A stretch of 63,987 nucleotides of DNA, filler included, from Reticulomyxa filosa (GCA_000512085.1; 20 parts of 20 records of this genome joined end to end with filler, not necessarily neighbours in it), one strand, 5' to 3'; positions 49,665-62,860 are shown, counted from the first letter of the whole stretch. Numbers and translations: made by a program. The notes: generated by a model not told the origin, from the sequence alone.

Positions 49665-50919
49665 TAGAAGCATTTCATATTTTTTTTCTTCATCAATTTT
49701 CATTATTTCTTGTCCATTTCTGATGTTGACGCAAGGCAATAATAATACATTTTGTCAGTTGGATATTTATTTTTAAGTGTAGACAAGAATAATCTATCTA
49801 ATGCTTTGACGTTTGTAAAGCTTACAAGTTAAACGTAAGTTCTTTTACTTTTACTGGTTCAGATAATTACACTGTTTCATTATAATCCTCTATTTTTACC
49901 TTGAATAAAATCATCAGAAAAAAATTTGTATTTTTCTAAGACTGTTATAAAAATAAAAATAACATCAAAATTACAAAAGTCCAACAATTTGCTTTGCCAA
50001 ACTAGAGATTATTTATTTGTAGCAAATTTGAATTAAATTAGTGTTAAATCGAATCAATTATTTATGAAAGAATCATACGTTGTTCAATTTGAACTTTCTT
50101 TTTTTTGACGACCCTTTCATTGATTTTGATAGGAAAAAATTCATCTAAAAGATCTTTAAGTTTTTGTTTTATGTAATTTGATTTGTGAATCAGTTAGAAG
50201 AAGTGGAGATTCAAAAAATTATCCATATTGGATTCGGAAATTATCGATACAGAAAATACAAATACTCGTAAAAAAGACATTTCAATCCAAATACCAAAAA
50301 CTTTTAAAATATTGTGCCGCATGTCATTCAAGTGTAAAATACAAATTGATAGTTGTGATGACAGCCCATCTAAAAAAGAAAATAGTGTATAAAATGGTTT
50401 ATTTGAGATAAGTACAAATGGGATTCTATTTCAAACAAAAAAAAATGTTTTGTAAAGTTTTTCATGTTGTTTTCATCTAAATTGCTCTATACATCCACAG
50501 AACACACTAATACTATGTGGTATTGACTATCCAATAATTTATATCATGGTTCAGTCAAGTTCTTATTCGTGTTTTGGGATAAACACAAATGAATAAATTT
50601 TTAAAAATTTGCTACACATTTTGTAAAGTTATCATACATAAAATTCGTTTCGAATGAATTTGTTTGGTTCAATTTGATATTTTCCATTTCATCAAATCTT
50701 TTGCAAGTTTGATAACAAGTTGGAATAAATCAATTTTTTATTGAGTATTGCAATTTTAAAGAAATCATTATCTTCATTGAAAGGTAACCATAGATGTTAT
50801 TCAGTATACTTATCACGTTGTCAAAGTTTTCTTGGCGTTTCTCTTCGTTGATTTGAGATAAAAAAGTTCCAATAATTTTTTTATTATACTCTAACTCAAT
50901 CTTAAAGAGCACTGAAAGA

Positions 50920-52324
50920 ATGATAACTTTTAGTAATGAAAAACAAACTGCAACACAACAATTGGTATGGTTCGGCTTAATCTTTGAGAAATCGTGTTGT
51001 CTTTAAACTGTCTTTATTGTTACAATTTGTGATGATCAGAACGAAGAAAAAAAGATCCAAATGATTATTACATATTGGGTTCGAATATTAAACATTAAAT
51101 TAGGATGGATCCACGATTTTGACAAACTTGTTGTCAATTATGTTATGTTTTAATTCAATATCAATCAAATGTTTGAATACTTATTTGTTTTTATCATACG
51201 CCACTTAAAAATAGGCAGAAAATCTCTTCATGCTTGATACGTTTTGTTCATCGTCTAAACTACTCAAACCTTTTTTTGGACACACCAATTATGTGCGAAG
51301 CATTGATTATTTGACACTTGATTGTGGTCCGTTACTTTGCTCTGGATCAGAAGATAAAACAGTTCGTGTATGGGATGTAGAGAACAACAAACAAATTCAA
51401 GTATTCAATGGACATTCACGTAATGTGTATTGTGTGAAATTTTCATCATATCATTATCATAATAATCGTCAAAATGTCATTTGTTCTTCATCCCAAGACA
51501 GTACTATTCGTTTTTGGAATTTCAAAGATAATCAACAATCACAAATACTTAATGGACATGCTAATGGTGTCATCGGTATCGAATTTTCACGATTCAATGG
51601 TGGCCGATATTTGTGTTCTGGATCACATGACAATACTATTCGTTTATGGGATGTTAAAACCTCCAAGTCATTGCATGTTCTCAATGGACATAAAGATAGT
51701 GTTTATTGTGTTGATATTTCACCATTGCAAAGTAACAAGGGTAATGGTGACAACAATGAAAGTAATAGTATTGGTGTTATTGGTGGCCGTGGATATACAA
51801 TTTGCTCTGGATCATGGGATACAACCATTCGTATATGGGATATTGAAACAGCCAAACAGTTCATTGTATTCAAAGGGCACGAAGATTGGATTAATAGTGT
51901 AAAATATGTGTCAAGTAGATCAGGGATAATTGGTGGCGCGAATACAATATTATCTGGATCAAGTGATGGTAGTGTCCGTTTGTGGGATATTCGATCTGGT
52001 CAACAAATTCAAATATTCAATGGACATACAAGTTTTGTAAATGCTGTTGAATATTCACCACTTGTAGTAAATAATAGTGATGTTGGTATTTCAAACGTGA
52101 TATGTTCTGGATCCACAGATAATACAATTCGTTTTTGGGATGTTCGGTCAAATAACAATGAATTATATGTTATCAAAGGAAGCAATGAAAAAGATGCAAT
52201 ATTATGTTTTAAATTTCTACAATTCAAAAAGAAAGAAAAGAAAGGCGAAGGCAATGATAGCAGTGATTGTAATCTTAGTCTGTGTTATGGCTTACAAAAT
52301 GGTCATATTCGTATGTGGGGGTAG
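50920..52324 (+). CDS. WD40 protein with N-terminal 34-aa cassette exon
   Basis: Exons 50920-50964, 51040-51141 and 51215-52324, phase 0; repeats NGH...CSGSxDxTIRxWD with the GGRYLCSGS and SIGVIGGxGYTICSGS subfamily motifs. Confidence 0.92.
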
Positions 52325-52419
52325 TATCCTTTTTTTTTAAACTAAAAAGATTTGACTGGTTTGTGAATTAAATGAAGCAAATTTTTTCAGAATTTTCTAA
52401 TTAAAGTAATATTTTGTTG

Positions 52420-52860
52420 GAGTTGAAGCACTGGCTCTGCTAGTAAAGAAATATCAAAATTAAACATTAACGTCATGTAACAAAACAATCATTTTTGATA
52501 TGTCAAACATAATCGACAATTCCAAATATTTAATGGACACGTTCGTGGTGTTTGTTACTTTGATTTTTCATCATTCAATAGTTGTCTAATTTGTGTTCTG
52601 TATCATATGACAAAACTGTTCGTTTATGTGATGTTGAAATATCCAAGTCATTACATGTTTTTAATGGACACGGAGATTGTGTTTAGCGTGCAGATTTTTC
52701 GTTCTTGAGAAATAATAACAACAGTAATAAAAGTAATGGTATTAGTGTGGTTGGAGTTAATGTATATATAATTTGTTCTGGATCAATGAAAACCATTCAT
52801 ATATGGGACATGGAACCAACTAAACAATCAATTGCATTCAAAGGGCATAAACATTAGTAG
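52420..52860 (+). pseudogene. WD40 tandem duplicate fragment
   Basis: Colinear with ~51480-51890 (ATATTTAATGGACAC, TCCAAGTCATTACATGTTTTTAATGGACA) but with stops and deletions. Confidence 0.8.
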
Positions 52861-53795
52861 CTTTTTCTCAGCTAAAAATTGTATTGAGTGGCTTGATTCT
52901 TTTGAATGAATTAAATAAAGTAAATTATTTTTCTTATTAAATATTTGACATATTTACACCTACCATTGCTTTGTGTTAAAGCCAGAAAATAGACAAGAAA
53001 CCAAAAGAAAGAACAATAGAGGACGAAACTTGTGAAAGTTTGCGTTTACATACTAAATCGTTTATTAAAAATAACATACTTGTCCTTATTGTCATACATT
53101 TTACAGTTTTAAGTTGCTTTTATTTTAGTTTTTTAAATACATTAATAGTACATTTTTCCTTAACTCAAAGGCCTTTCATAGTTATCTATGACTATATGAA
53201 TCATAACTTGTGCATTAATTCTTCCAAAATAATCAACAAAAATTGTTTTTAAACGTAAAGTTAAACAAGTAAACAAAAGTCGTGAAATTTTTTTTTTTGA
53301 ACAACGTTCCAATTTTTGCGTTACCATAGCTCAGTGGACATGACTTTTGAATGTGATCCAACATGTGCAAAACGCACAGGTAAATTTTGTTTGTGTATGT
53401 TCGAGTACGTGATCCAAAGAGAGAGAGAGAGAGAGGATTAGCATTGATTATTTGAGNNNNNNNNNNNNNNNNNNNNNNNNNNNNNNNNNNNNNNNNNNNN
53501 TTAATTAATTAANNNNNNNNNNNNNNNNNNNNNNNNNNNNNNNNNNNNNNNNNNNNGGAGAGATGAACAGTAAGAGAGGAGAAGTGGTAGTAAACTTCGA
53601 GGAAATGACCAATGACAAAGATAACGTTAAATTCCAACACTACAGACTACAACACAAATCACAATACTGGGAAAAAAGATTCTTGTTTTTATTTTTTTTT
53701 TTTTTAAGTGAATTTTGATATAATCGTTTTGTAAAAAAAAAAAAAAAAACCCGATCGACATTTTTTATTTTTTATTTTTTTTAAAAAAAAAAATG

Positions 53796-54821
53796 TTAGG
53801 TTTTATTTTGAGTATCCGGAAACTCACTACTGTGAATATGATGATCATTAGCAGTAGTGGACGACAACAGATCTTTTTGGTCCAAGGTTTTGGCCAAGAT
53901 AGTATGATCAGCCAAGTCGGCCCTGACAAGTTCTTTCTGATGTGCAAAGAGTTGTTTCTCTTGTTGTGCGAGTTCTTCCAAGTCGACATTGGTCAGAATG
54001 AACTTGTGTTTGAGCAAAGCAGCACAATCGTATCTTTTGGTGGGGTCCACACACATCAAGTTGCGCACGCAGTCTTTGGCCTGTTCGGAGACATGATCCC
54101 AATGAGGGGACGGGAAGCGATATTGTCCGCGAATGATCATGCCGTACATGGCATGAATAGACTGCGAATTGAAAGGTTGATACCCTGACAACATTATGTA
54201 CAGAATAACCCCGAGCGACCAAAAATCCACTTGCACGCCATACTCATTACTGCCCAAGACTTCGGGTGCTACGTAGTGCGGCGTCCCGCAGCACGTGTGC
54301 ATCACATGGAATTCGGGCGACAATTTCAAGAAATGTGCCAAGCCAAAGTCGGTCACTTTCAATGTCCCGCTTTTCGTAAACAGAATGTTCTCTGGCTTTA
54401 AGTCGCGATGCACGACAAAGTGCTCGTGTAAATATTGCAAACACTTACCAATGATCGCGGTAATTCGCGCTGCTCGCTTCTCTTCCAGTCTTCGGGTCGG
54501 TGATTTCAAAATCTGGTCAAATAGGTCGCCCCCTTCGCATAATTCCAATATCATCTTCAGTCGTCGTCCGTTGTCGAACACGTCCACCATGTTTATCATG
54601 TGCGGGTGATCCATCGATTTCAATATGTTTATCTCATCTTTCAACCCTACCAACTCTCGTCCTGTCAGGTGTCTCTTGTCTATTATCTTCACTGCAAACT
54701 CCTTCTTGTCCACTTTGCGGATGCAACGCTTCACCGTTGCAAATGTCCCTGAGCCTATGCGGTCGCCAGAGACAAAAAAGTCCCGATATTTTCTTTGGGA
54801 TTCACTTGAAGTATTTCCCAT
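53796..54821 (-). CDS. CAMK1-like Ser/Thr kinase, intronless, with N-myristoylation motif
   Basis: GSGTFATV, FAVKII, HRDLKPEN, DFG, TCCGTPHYVAPE, DFWSLGVILY, WDHVSEQAKD; MGNTSS start. Confidence 0.95.
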   Translation of the reverse strand: MGNTSSESQRKYRDFFVSGDRIGSGTFATVKRCIRKVDKKEFAVKIIDKRHLTGRELVGLKDEINILKSMDHPHMINMVDVFDNGRRLKMILELCEGGDLFDQILKSPTRRLEEKRAARITAIIGKCLQYLHEHFVVHRDLKPENILFTKSGTLKVTDFGLAHFLKLSPEFHVMHTCCGTPHYVAPEVLGSNEYGVQVDFWSLGVILYIMLSGYQPFNSQSIHAMYGMIIRGQYRFPSPHWDHVSEQAKDCVRNLMCVDPTKRYDCAALLKHKFILTNVDLEELAQQEKQLFAHQKELVRADLADHTILAKTLDQKDLLSSTTANDHHIHSSEFPDTQNKT

Positions 54822-55793
54822 AGATTTGCAAATTTTGCAACAAAACTATCTCCGGGTAGGGGCCAATGATGATTATCAACAATATTTTTTGTTATTGTTG
54901 GGGCTCCTTTTTTTTTTTGGCGGATTTTTTTGCTGAGATAACAATTTTGGATCACATGTGGAAAGAAAAATAAAAATTAATTCGTTTCAGTGTGCCTAAT
55001 TCTAAATAAGTATCAGCAAAGATAAATAATAAATTATCAAGTTTTTACAAAGCTTTTAAATGTGTCAACCTGTACTTATACAATATGTGAGTATCAGTAA
55101 ATTAAGTTTTTTAAACATTTTTCGAAACACGTACAATTTTCTGAATGTAGTACTTTTTAAAAAAGTTGAATATAAGTATTCTGAGCACCCAGGCACATCT
55201 TGTTGAAAGGGCTAAAGGAGGAATGCTATGATTTTTTTTAAACGCAAAAATTTTTAGTTCATCTATTCAAACAATATAATTATACTACATCTTTTATTAT
55301 TCAGTAAAAACTAAACATTAAGAAACTAGTTTTTTTAAAATGAAGCTAAAAGGACCGGCTGACTGTCTTGTTTGTACTACACGTTTTCAACTAGTAAATA
55401 CTGCTCAAAAAAAAGCCGAAAAAATGCAACCGCTGTATTTCGCTGTGGTAACATACCCCAAACACTTTTTCAAAGGGCTACTTAGCAACCATTTCAAATA
55501 AATGAAGGTGATTTCTGATAAAATCAAGTGGTGTGAAATTGTGAGCAATTTGGATTTGGAATACTTAACTACAAGAACAAATATTGTTTTCAAAATCAAA
55601 AAAAAAAAAAACCAATAACAAAAAAAAAACCCAACAAAACCATTTAGCTCTTTTGGTATTGTGTGAAAAACAAAGAAAAATAAGGACAAGGATGTCAAAA
55701 AATTAATAGGTTACATGTGACAAGACGTACAAAAAATAAGATTAATTTAAAAAAAGTAGACGAAATGGTCATTGTCCATTTTTGTGATAATAG

Positions 55794-57045
55794 CTATCCC
55801 CACAATCGGACAACTTTGTCAAGACCACATGCCACTATGTTATTATCCGGTGAAATATCCAAAGCAGTGACATAGTAGTTGCTGCCCTCTAATTTATATT
55901 TCTCTTGTCCCGATTGTATATCCCATAATCGAATTGTTTTATCACTTGAGCAAGATACAATAGTTTTTCTGTCCAGTGATAGTTTTACACCGGTTACATT
56001 ATTTAAATGCCCCTCAAATTTTTGCATTTCTTTCCCAGAAGCAACATCCCACATTCGAATGGACTTATCTTTCGAGCAGGATATAATTCGACAATTTGAA
56101 ACAAATATCACTTTCAAAACATCACTCGTATGTCCAACCAATGTGCGCAATTGTTGGCCCGATTTCAAATCCCATATTCGAATTGTTTTATCAGGAGAGC
56201 ATGACACAAGACTTTGCCCATCAGGTGAAAATTGCAAATCAGATATCACATGTGGAATCACTTCCATCTTTTTCGTCTCCACTCCACATTTGACATCCCA
56301 CAATCGAATGGTCATATCCATCGAGCCTGATGCAATCATATCTCCATTTGGTGAAAATTGGGCACTCGTTACATTGATCGAATGTCCTCTAAGTACCCGT
56401 ATTTCCACTCCTGATTTCACATCCCACAATCGAATTGTTTTATCTCCGGAATAAGATGCTATCATTTTCCCATCTGGTGAAAACTGTGCTCCATTTATCC
56501 AATCTGAATGTCCTTTCAATACTTTGTTGTTTTCAGATTTCATATCCCATATTCGAAGTGTTTTATCGCCTGATGATGAAACAATTTTACTGTAATCTGG
56601 TGAAAATGTTACATTGGTTATGTAAAAAAAAATGTCCTTCAAATGCTTTCAGTAATTTAAAGCTTTTAGCCTGAATCAATTTTTTTTTTTTTTTTTTTTT
56701 TTTTAACAATGCAAATAGATTATTAGCCCACAAAATCAATTGTTGTACATTCAAACAAACACAATTTCACAAAACATATTGTGAAATGATCTTGTTGAAA
56801 TCCTGAATCCATCCCCAATCGATTACTGACAGTCTTGTCCAGGCTCGCACCACCAATATTGCTTCTTTTTCACTCTAGTGTTTTTTGTTTTTTGGTCACT
56901 GACGCAAAACCGACACAAGCGTTTACTTTATTTCGTGCAAAAACATGGCTACCGGATACAATGAAATTTTTTTTGAGCGATGTGCTGGAAGAGCATTTGA
57001 ACCTGTGACATTCTGTTGCGAGATCTGATGTTCATTCGCGTCCAT
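55794..57045 (-). CDS. WD40 protein with N-terminal 33-aa cassette exon (+1 frameshift in a T9 run)
   Basis: Exons 57045-56953, 56874-56776 and 56670-55794; seven WD40 repeats; removing one base from the run at 56624-56632 gives EGHFFYITNVTFSPD. Confidence 0.85.
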
Positions 57046-57877
57046 CTAAAATTTTTTTTAAAAAATTTATCAAGTTTTTTTAAATCGTTCCAGCTTACAA
57101 CTGAACGTTTTACAAAGCAAATGTTTTTGTAAAATTTTAATGCAATTTTACGTTTAGCCTTAGTCTGTAAATTGTCAATAACTAGAATGTTTTGCTCCAT
57201 AACTAATTATGTTATGTTTTTTTGATGAAGTTTTTATTGCTTAACCAAAAGATGAGAAATTGAAAATACTTATATGATAGCAACAAGCACTAAACGTTTT
57301 TATGCTTTGATCCTTAAAAAAAAAATCACTTTTCGTCTGCGGGTTTTCGAAAGTTCACATTGAGCTGAGTTCACTGACATGAAGTTTGATTTAATCATCA
57401 AAGTAAAAGATACTTCTTATTAAGGACAATCAATTCTGACAAAAGCAACTACAAAAAAAGCACTACCAAAGTCTTCAATTTTTGGACGCAGCGAAAAAAT
57501 GTATACAAGTGTAAGATACTTGAATTCAATTGTTGTTTGTTGACAGGTTGGTTACACACAATATTTAACCAATTTCGCACTATCTGGATATAAATAAGGT
57601 CTTCTTTATCGTGGTCCTCACAAATAAAGTTTTTGTTTGTAGGCTATACTTGAATTTGATTTAAAAAGTAGGCGTTTACTTTTCTAAAGCTATTTCTGTG
57701 TGTTCATTTTCTTTTTTTTTTTCTTAAGCTAAGGGACCAACTCACAATTTAAACAAGTTATAGCATAAAAACCAAAATTTTTTTTATGTTTGAAAGATAT
57801 TAAATTTTCTGATTTGTAAGAGAATTAAAAAAAGTATCGCAAGTCAAATAATATTTTTGTTGTTAAAAAAGGTGACA

Positions 57878-58275
57878 CTATCCCCAAATATTAATATAGC
57901 CATTCGAACCATAACACAGATTAATGTCACAATCACTGCCGTCATTGTTCTTTTTCAATTGTAGAAATTTAAAACATGTTATTCCGTAACTTTCGTTATT
58001 ATCTACGTTATAATTCCCTTTGATCATGTACAATTCATTTTTATTTGATCGAATATCCCAAAAACGAATCGTATTATCATATGATCCAGAGCATATCACA
58101 TTCGAACTATCTCCAAATTCAATGTTATTTACTACAAATGGTGAATATCCAACACATATCACATCACTTGTATGTCCATTGAATACTTGAAGTTGTTTAC
58201 CAGATCGTGCATCCCATAAACTAACCCTGTTATCATCTGATCCAGATAATATTGTATTTGCACCACCATTAATTC
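57878..58275 (-). CDS. WD40 protein, C-terminal part (5' partial)
   Basis: GGANTILSGSDDNRVSLWD...NVICSGSYDNTIRFWDIRSNKNELY...NLCYGS..IWG; paralog of 51215-52324. Confidence 0.88.
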
Positions 58276-58391
58276 NNNNNNNNNNNNNNNNNNNNNNNNN
58301 NNNNNNNNNNNNNNNNNNNTTAATTAATTAANNNNNNNNNNNNNNNNNNNNNNNNNNNNNNNNNNNNNNNNNNNNAAAAAAAAAAAAACAG

Positions 58392-60028
58392 ACTCGGAAT
58401 TTCAACGTCGGAGATATTGTACGTTTGACTCAACGACGCATCGGCAAGATATTATACGGTGGATACGTACACTTTGCGATGGGTACGTACTACGGCGTGG
58501 AGCTGATGGAAGGCGAAGGCGAACACGATGGCGAATGCAATGGCCTTCGATACTTTAGCACGAAGTCGAAGAAGGGCGTTCTGGAGCCCGAGTCGCAGAT
58601 CATTCGCTTGGTGCAGCCGTCGTCGATGCCACTGGCTCTATCTCCTCACGCCGACGATCTCGACGAGGAAGATAAAGACGATATGGACAAAAAGAAAAGT
58701 GCAAAGTCTTTCCCACTCGCGTCTGTGTCCAAGAATCTGCAACGGTCCAATGTGGAACACGATAGTGCCAAAACACACGTCGCTACGTGCTCCCTTTCTT
58801 CCCTCGTTTCACACAAGCAGATTGTCGATGATACGCTGCCAGAAGCCATCTTCAATCAATTAAAAAACGACCTCGTAAAAAATAACACTGTTGAACACGA
58901 CTCACTACTTAAGTTTTTGCAAGGATTCTCCAGTCACTCCAGAAACGACAATATCATCTCCGCTGTTTTGTCTCTTTTTCTTTTGCTTACTATCATATAT
59001 ATGTATACATATATATACTTATACGTGCATATATGTACATATAGTGTATATACGTATATGTTTATATACCATGCAAAAGGTTCGCGAGTACATGGACCAT
59101 TTGAAACAATATATTATCCAACAAAAACAAAAACATTATTATCCAAAGCTCCAACAATGCGTTGAGGTAAAATGCTTTGTGTCTTCACACACAAACGGCT
59201 ATTTGCTTTTTTTTTTTTTTTTTAACAAAATCAAACAAAAAATATTACATAAACAAATTATAGCAAAATGATAGCAAACGACGTCCAAAATTAACGCACT
59301 TTTTGATGAACTTGTTGAATCGGTTGTGGAAGATGCTGTATTATCTCCAATCATTTCTAAATTAACAGTTTAACAAAAAAAAAAGATTCTTTTAAGTTCA
59401 TCCCCTTTTTTTTTTTTTTTTTTGAAAAAAAAAATGATGCAATTCCTGGTTCAAGGAAATTTGCGAAACACAAGCAAAAGCGGAAAATGAAAAAGTGGAA
59501 GATAACGCACTGTCGCTGAATACATTTCCACAATCCTACTTTGGCATCAAAAGCGAACTGGAAAGTGTGGAAAACTGGGCAACAGCAATATACGAGTTGT
59601 CAGCAGTAGGAAAATGCGCATTGCCGTCAGAAAAACTTCGTGCCCTTGTGAACACTGCCAAGGCAGTCCATTTCTCGTTCCAAAGAGAACTACAAGAAAG
59701 ACTTAGAAAAAAAATGGATAAAAAATTGGAGGAAATTTACATTGGAGGAAATGATGTATTGCCAGTTGCGATTCTCCTTAACATTGTTCTTTTTCTGTTT
59801 TGTGTATGTGAGTGAGAGTTCTTTACAAAGGCTGATCAATGTTGTCAATGGATATAGATTTTGACGTACGTGGTGGTTCAAGCGTCTTTGGATTCTTTGG
59901 CTTTGAAGCCCAGCGACTTGATGTTGTTAGAAGGCTTGGTCGACCCGATTCAACAAAATGCAGAAGCGGGCTATTATTTGGCGGTGTTCCACGCTGCTAT
60001 TCAATGGATTCGAGACATTGTGAATTGA
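58392..60028 (+). CDS. CAP-Gly + VPS9 domain protein (multi-exon, 5' partial)
   Basis: CAP-Gly: VGDIV...GKILYGG.VHFAMG.YYGVEL....GEHDG...G.RYF; VPS9: PSEKLRAL...GGNDVLP|ILTYVVVQA...EAGYYLAVFHAAIQWI. Confidence 0.85.
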
Positions 60029-61014
60029 TGATTGTACTGTGTTGTAGTCTGAAATATTATATTATATTGCATAACTTGTTTTTTTCCTAACTTTGATCGC
60101 ATTTTCAAGTTTTTTTTAAAAAGTTGTTAACTTTGTTTGCTAGTTTACAAAGTAAGCCTTTGATTTCTTGTACAGCTTTGATTTTATCAAGTGAATATAA
60201 CTTTTGTAGTTTCAATTAAAATGCTTTGCAGTTTTTTTTCCCCTTGTGACGGCCTCCTCGTTTCTTCAAAATATTTTTAGTAAATCAAAGTTATATTTAT
60301 TATATACACATACATAAAATGTAATAAAATGAAGAGATATATTCTAGAAAAGAAATCGGATCGTAGTATTCTTAATTATGTTTTTTTTTTATCACCGATG
60401 ATGACAACTTTTTGCAAAGTCGTCAAAAGTTGTGAATTAAAAAAAAAAAAAATTGAACTAAATGTGAAAAAAAAAAGTGAGCGCTAGAAAACAATTGCAC
60501 TTTTCCGACGGACCGAAAAAAATGTTACGCTTAGGAGTGTTCTTCTTCCCAACCACCCCCTTTGCTCTACAAAATACGTTAATCGGAATGTTCAGAAGAA
60601 CATTTCACATTTAGCTGATAAACTATACGTTATTAACATTAAAGATGCATTACACGAGGGAAAAAAAAAAGCTGGTTCATACCAACGCAGTTTGAGGGTT
60701 TCCACTACAATATTTCTTTACCTTCCGCAATAATTTTTGATGGCTTTGCATGGGGGAAGGATCAAGTATATCACACAAATACTTGACCAATTCGGTATCT
60801 TCTTTTTTTGATTTTTTTTGATTTCCTCATACCATCCCTGGACATTGTTTAAACACATTTGAATTGTTGATCCTTTCTTGTTCCTCATGGCATGTAAAAA
60901 AAAAAAAAAAAAAANNNNNNNNNNNNNNNNNNNNNNNNNNNNNNNNNNNNNNNNNNNNTTAATTAATTAANNNNNNNNNNNNNNNNNNNNNNNNNNNNNN
61001 NNNNNNNNNNNNNN

Positions 61015-61715
61015 TTTAACAAAATTTTGAAATTTTTTAAAAAAATATTTTTTTATTTAAAAATTTTTTTTTTAATGTTTTTAGTATTTTGTTGATTTTC
61101 CTTGTGCATTGGCTCAACTAACGCTTAACATAGTTTAGTGTCAGTTTTTTCACATATTTTTTCAAATTTTTCAAAAAATTATTGTTTGTTGTTAATTTTT
61201 TAGCCTTTATATATTTTACTTTAATTATTCACCAAATGCTCTTAATTAGATTTAGGTCTGGTGAATTAGGAGGAAAATTTATCAGTTCTATTATTTTATT
61301 TAAACAGATCCATTATTTTTTTAGTTTTGTGACATGATGAATCTTCTCTGACCTGCCAGATCCAGCTTTTCTTTTTACGGTTCCATTACACTTATATGAC
61401 GACAGCCAAAATCAAAGCTATACTTATGTTAAATTTCTTTGCTACAGATCGAATGCTAGCTCCACCGACCAGCATACCAACAGACACTATTTTTTTAAAA
61501 GCAATCAAAATGTTTCACTATTTTAAACATCAAAATTTTAAAATGTCAATTAAAAATATTAACAATAAAAAAAACTAGCAAAAAAAAAAATTTAATATTT
61601 AAAAACAAGATTAATAGATATTTTTTAAAAAAAGTTTAAATCTTTATTTTTCATGGAGAAAATCGATTCTCTTCATATAGTGCCATTTAGGTATGACAGT
61701 TTTTTTTGCAATCTA
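61015..61715 (-). mobile_element. Internally deleted Tc1/mariner element (copy of 48915-49664)
   Basis: Minus strand ELINFPPNSPDLNLIKSIW; TIR CATTTAGGTATGACAGTTTTTTTTGCAATCTA. Confidence 0.82.
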
Positions 61716-61894
61716 TATATTTTAAAAAATATGTTTAAATGTGTTTCTTCATGAAGAAAATCTATTATCTATATCATTTACATTTTCATGCTAACTTTAT
61801 TTTGCATTCTATTGTTTTTTTATTTAATGTGTTCTAAATTAACAACAATTTCGTATTACAATTACAATTTTTACATTAGCTTGTAATACATATA

Positions 61895-62860
61895 CCACAT
61901 TATGATAATAACGATTTTCTCCATGAAAAATAAACATTCGAGTTTCTATATGAAAAAACAATATTTAATCAAAATTTTTTTTAAAAAAAATCTACGAGTC
62001 GTGTAGTTTTTAATATCATTTTGGTTTTTTATTAAGTCTTTCCAATTTTTTCCAAAATTTTATTCTTTCATTTTATTTGGTAAAATTTCTTTAAAAAAGT
62101 TGACAATCGTATTTTTCTCGTAGTCATGAAATTTTCCTTTTTTTTTATGTGTTCGATATTGATTTTTATCATTTTAATTATTTTGTCCGAAATATTGATT
62201 GACAACCATTATATGAAAATTTCATATCAAAAATAGCAAAATTTTGTGGTTGAAGCATTTTAGTCCGGCCATGTTTTGGAGCATTAGAAACAGGTTACGC
62301 TTGCAAGATGGAGTAAATACTGATGTGTATATAATTTTTATCCGCGAAATGCTAAAGAACATCAATTTCTGCTTATAAAACAAAGAAGATTGGATTTTCC
62401 AGCAAAATAATGCAACATGCCATAAGTCGGAAAAAACTATGAAATGATTAAAACAAAAAAAAAGAAAATAATAAATTTTCCTCCAAATTCACCTGATTTA
62501 AATCCAATTGAAAATCTTTGAAGACAATGATTCACAAAAAAGGACCATTTAATATTACGGAAAAACTTTGTAACTAATTCGAAACAGAATGTGAAAAAAT
62601 AAAAACCTTAATAAAGTCGACACCAAAGAAAATACAGCCAGTTAAAAAAGCCAAATGAGATTTAACACGTTGTAAACTTAATTAAATTTTAAAAAACAAA
62701 TATATCATATTCAGTTAACTACAAAAATTTTTTTTAAAGTAAATGAAAGATTAAAATTTTTAAAAAATTGTAAATACTTAATAAAAAACCAAAATTATAT
62801 TTAAAAACTACACGATTTGTATTATTTTTTTAAAAAATTTTGATTAAATGTTGTTTTTTC
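61895..62860 (+). mobile_element. Tc1-like element with long TIRs and a decayed transposase
   Basis: WIFQQNNATCH...INFPPNSPDLNPIENL at ~62391-62520; 61952-62037 is an imperfect inverted repeat of 62776-62860. Confidence 0.85.

Noticed and set aside
55879-56454. Long antisense or alternate-frame ORFs over real genes (also 4909-5361, 6099-6431, 51474-51902, 53793-54936)
   Set aside because: Shadows of repetitive or codon-biased genes on another frame or strand
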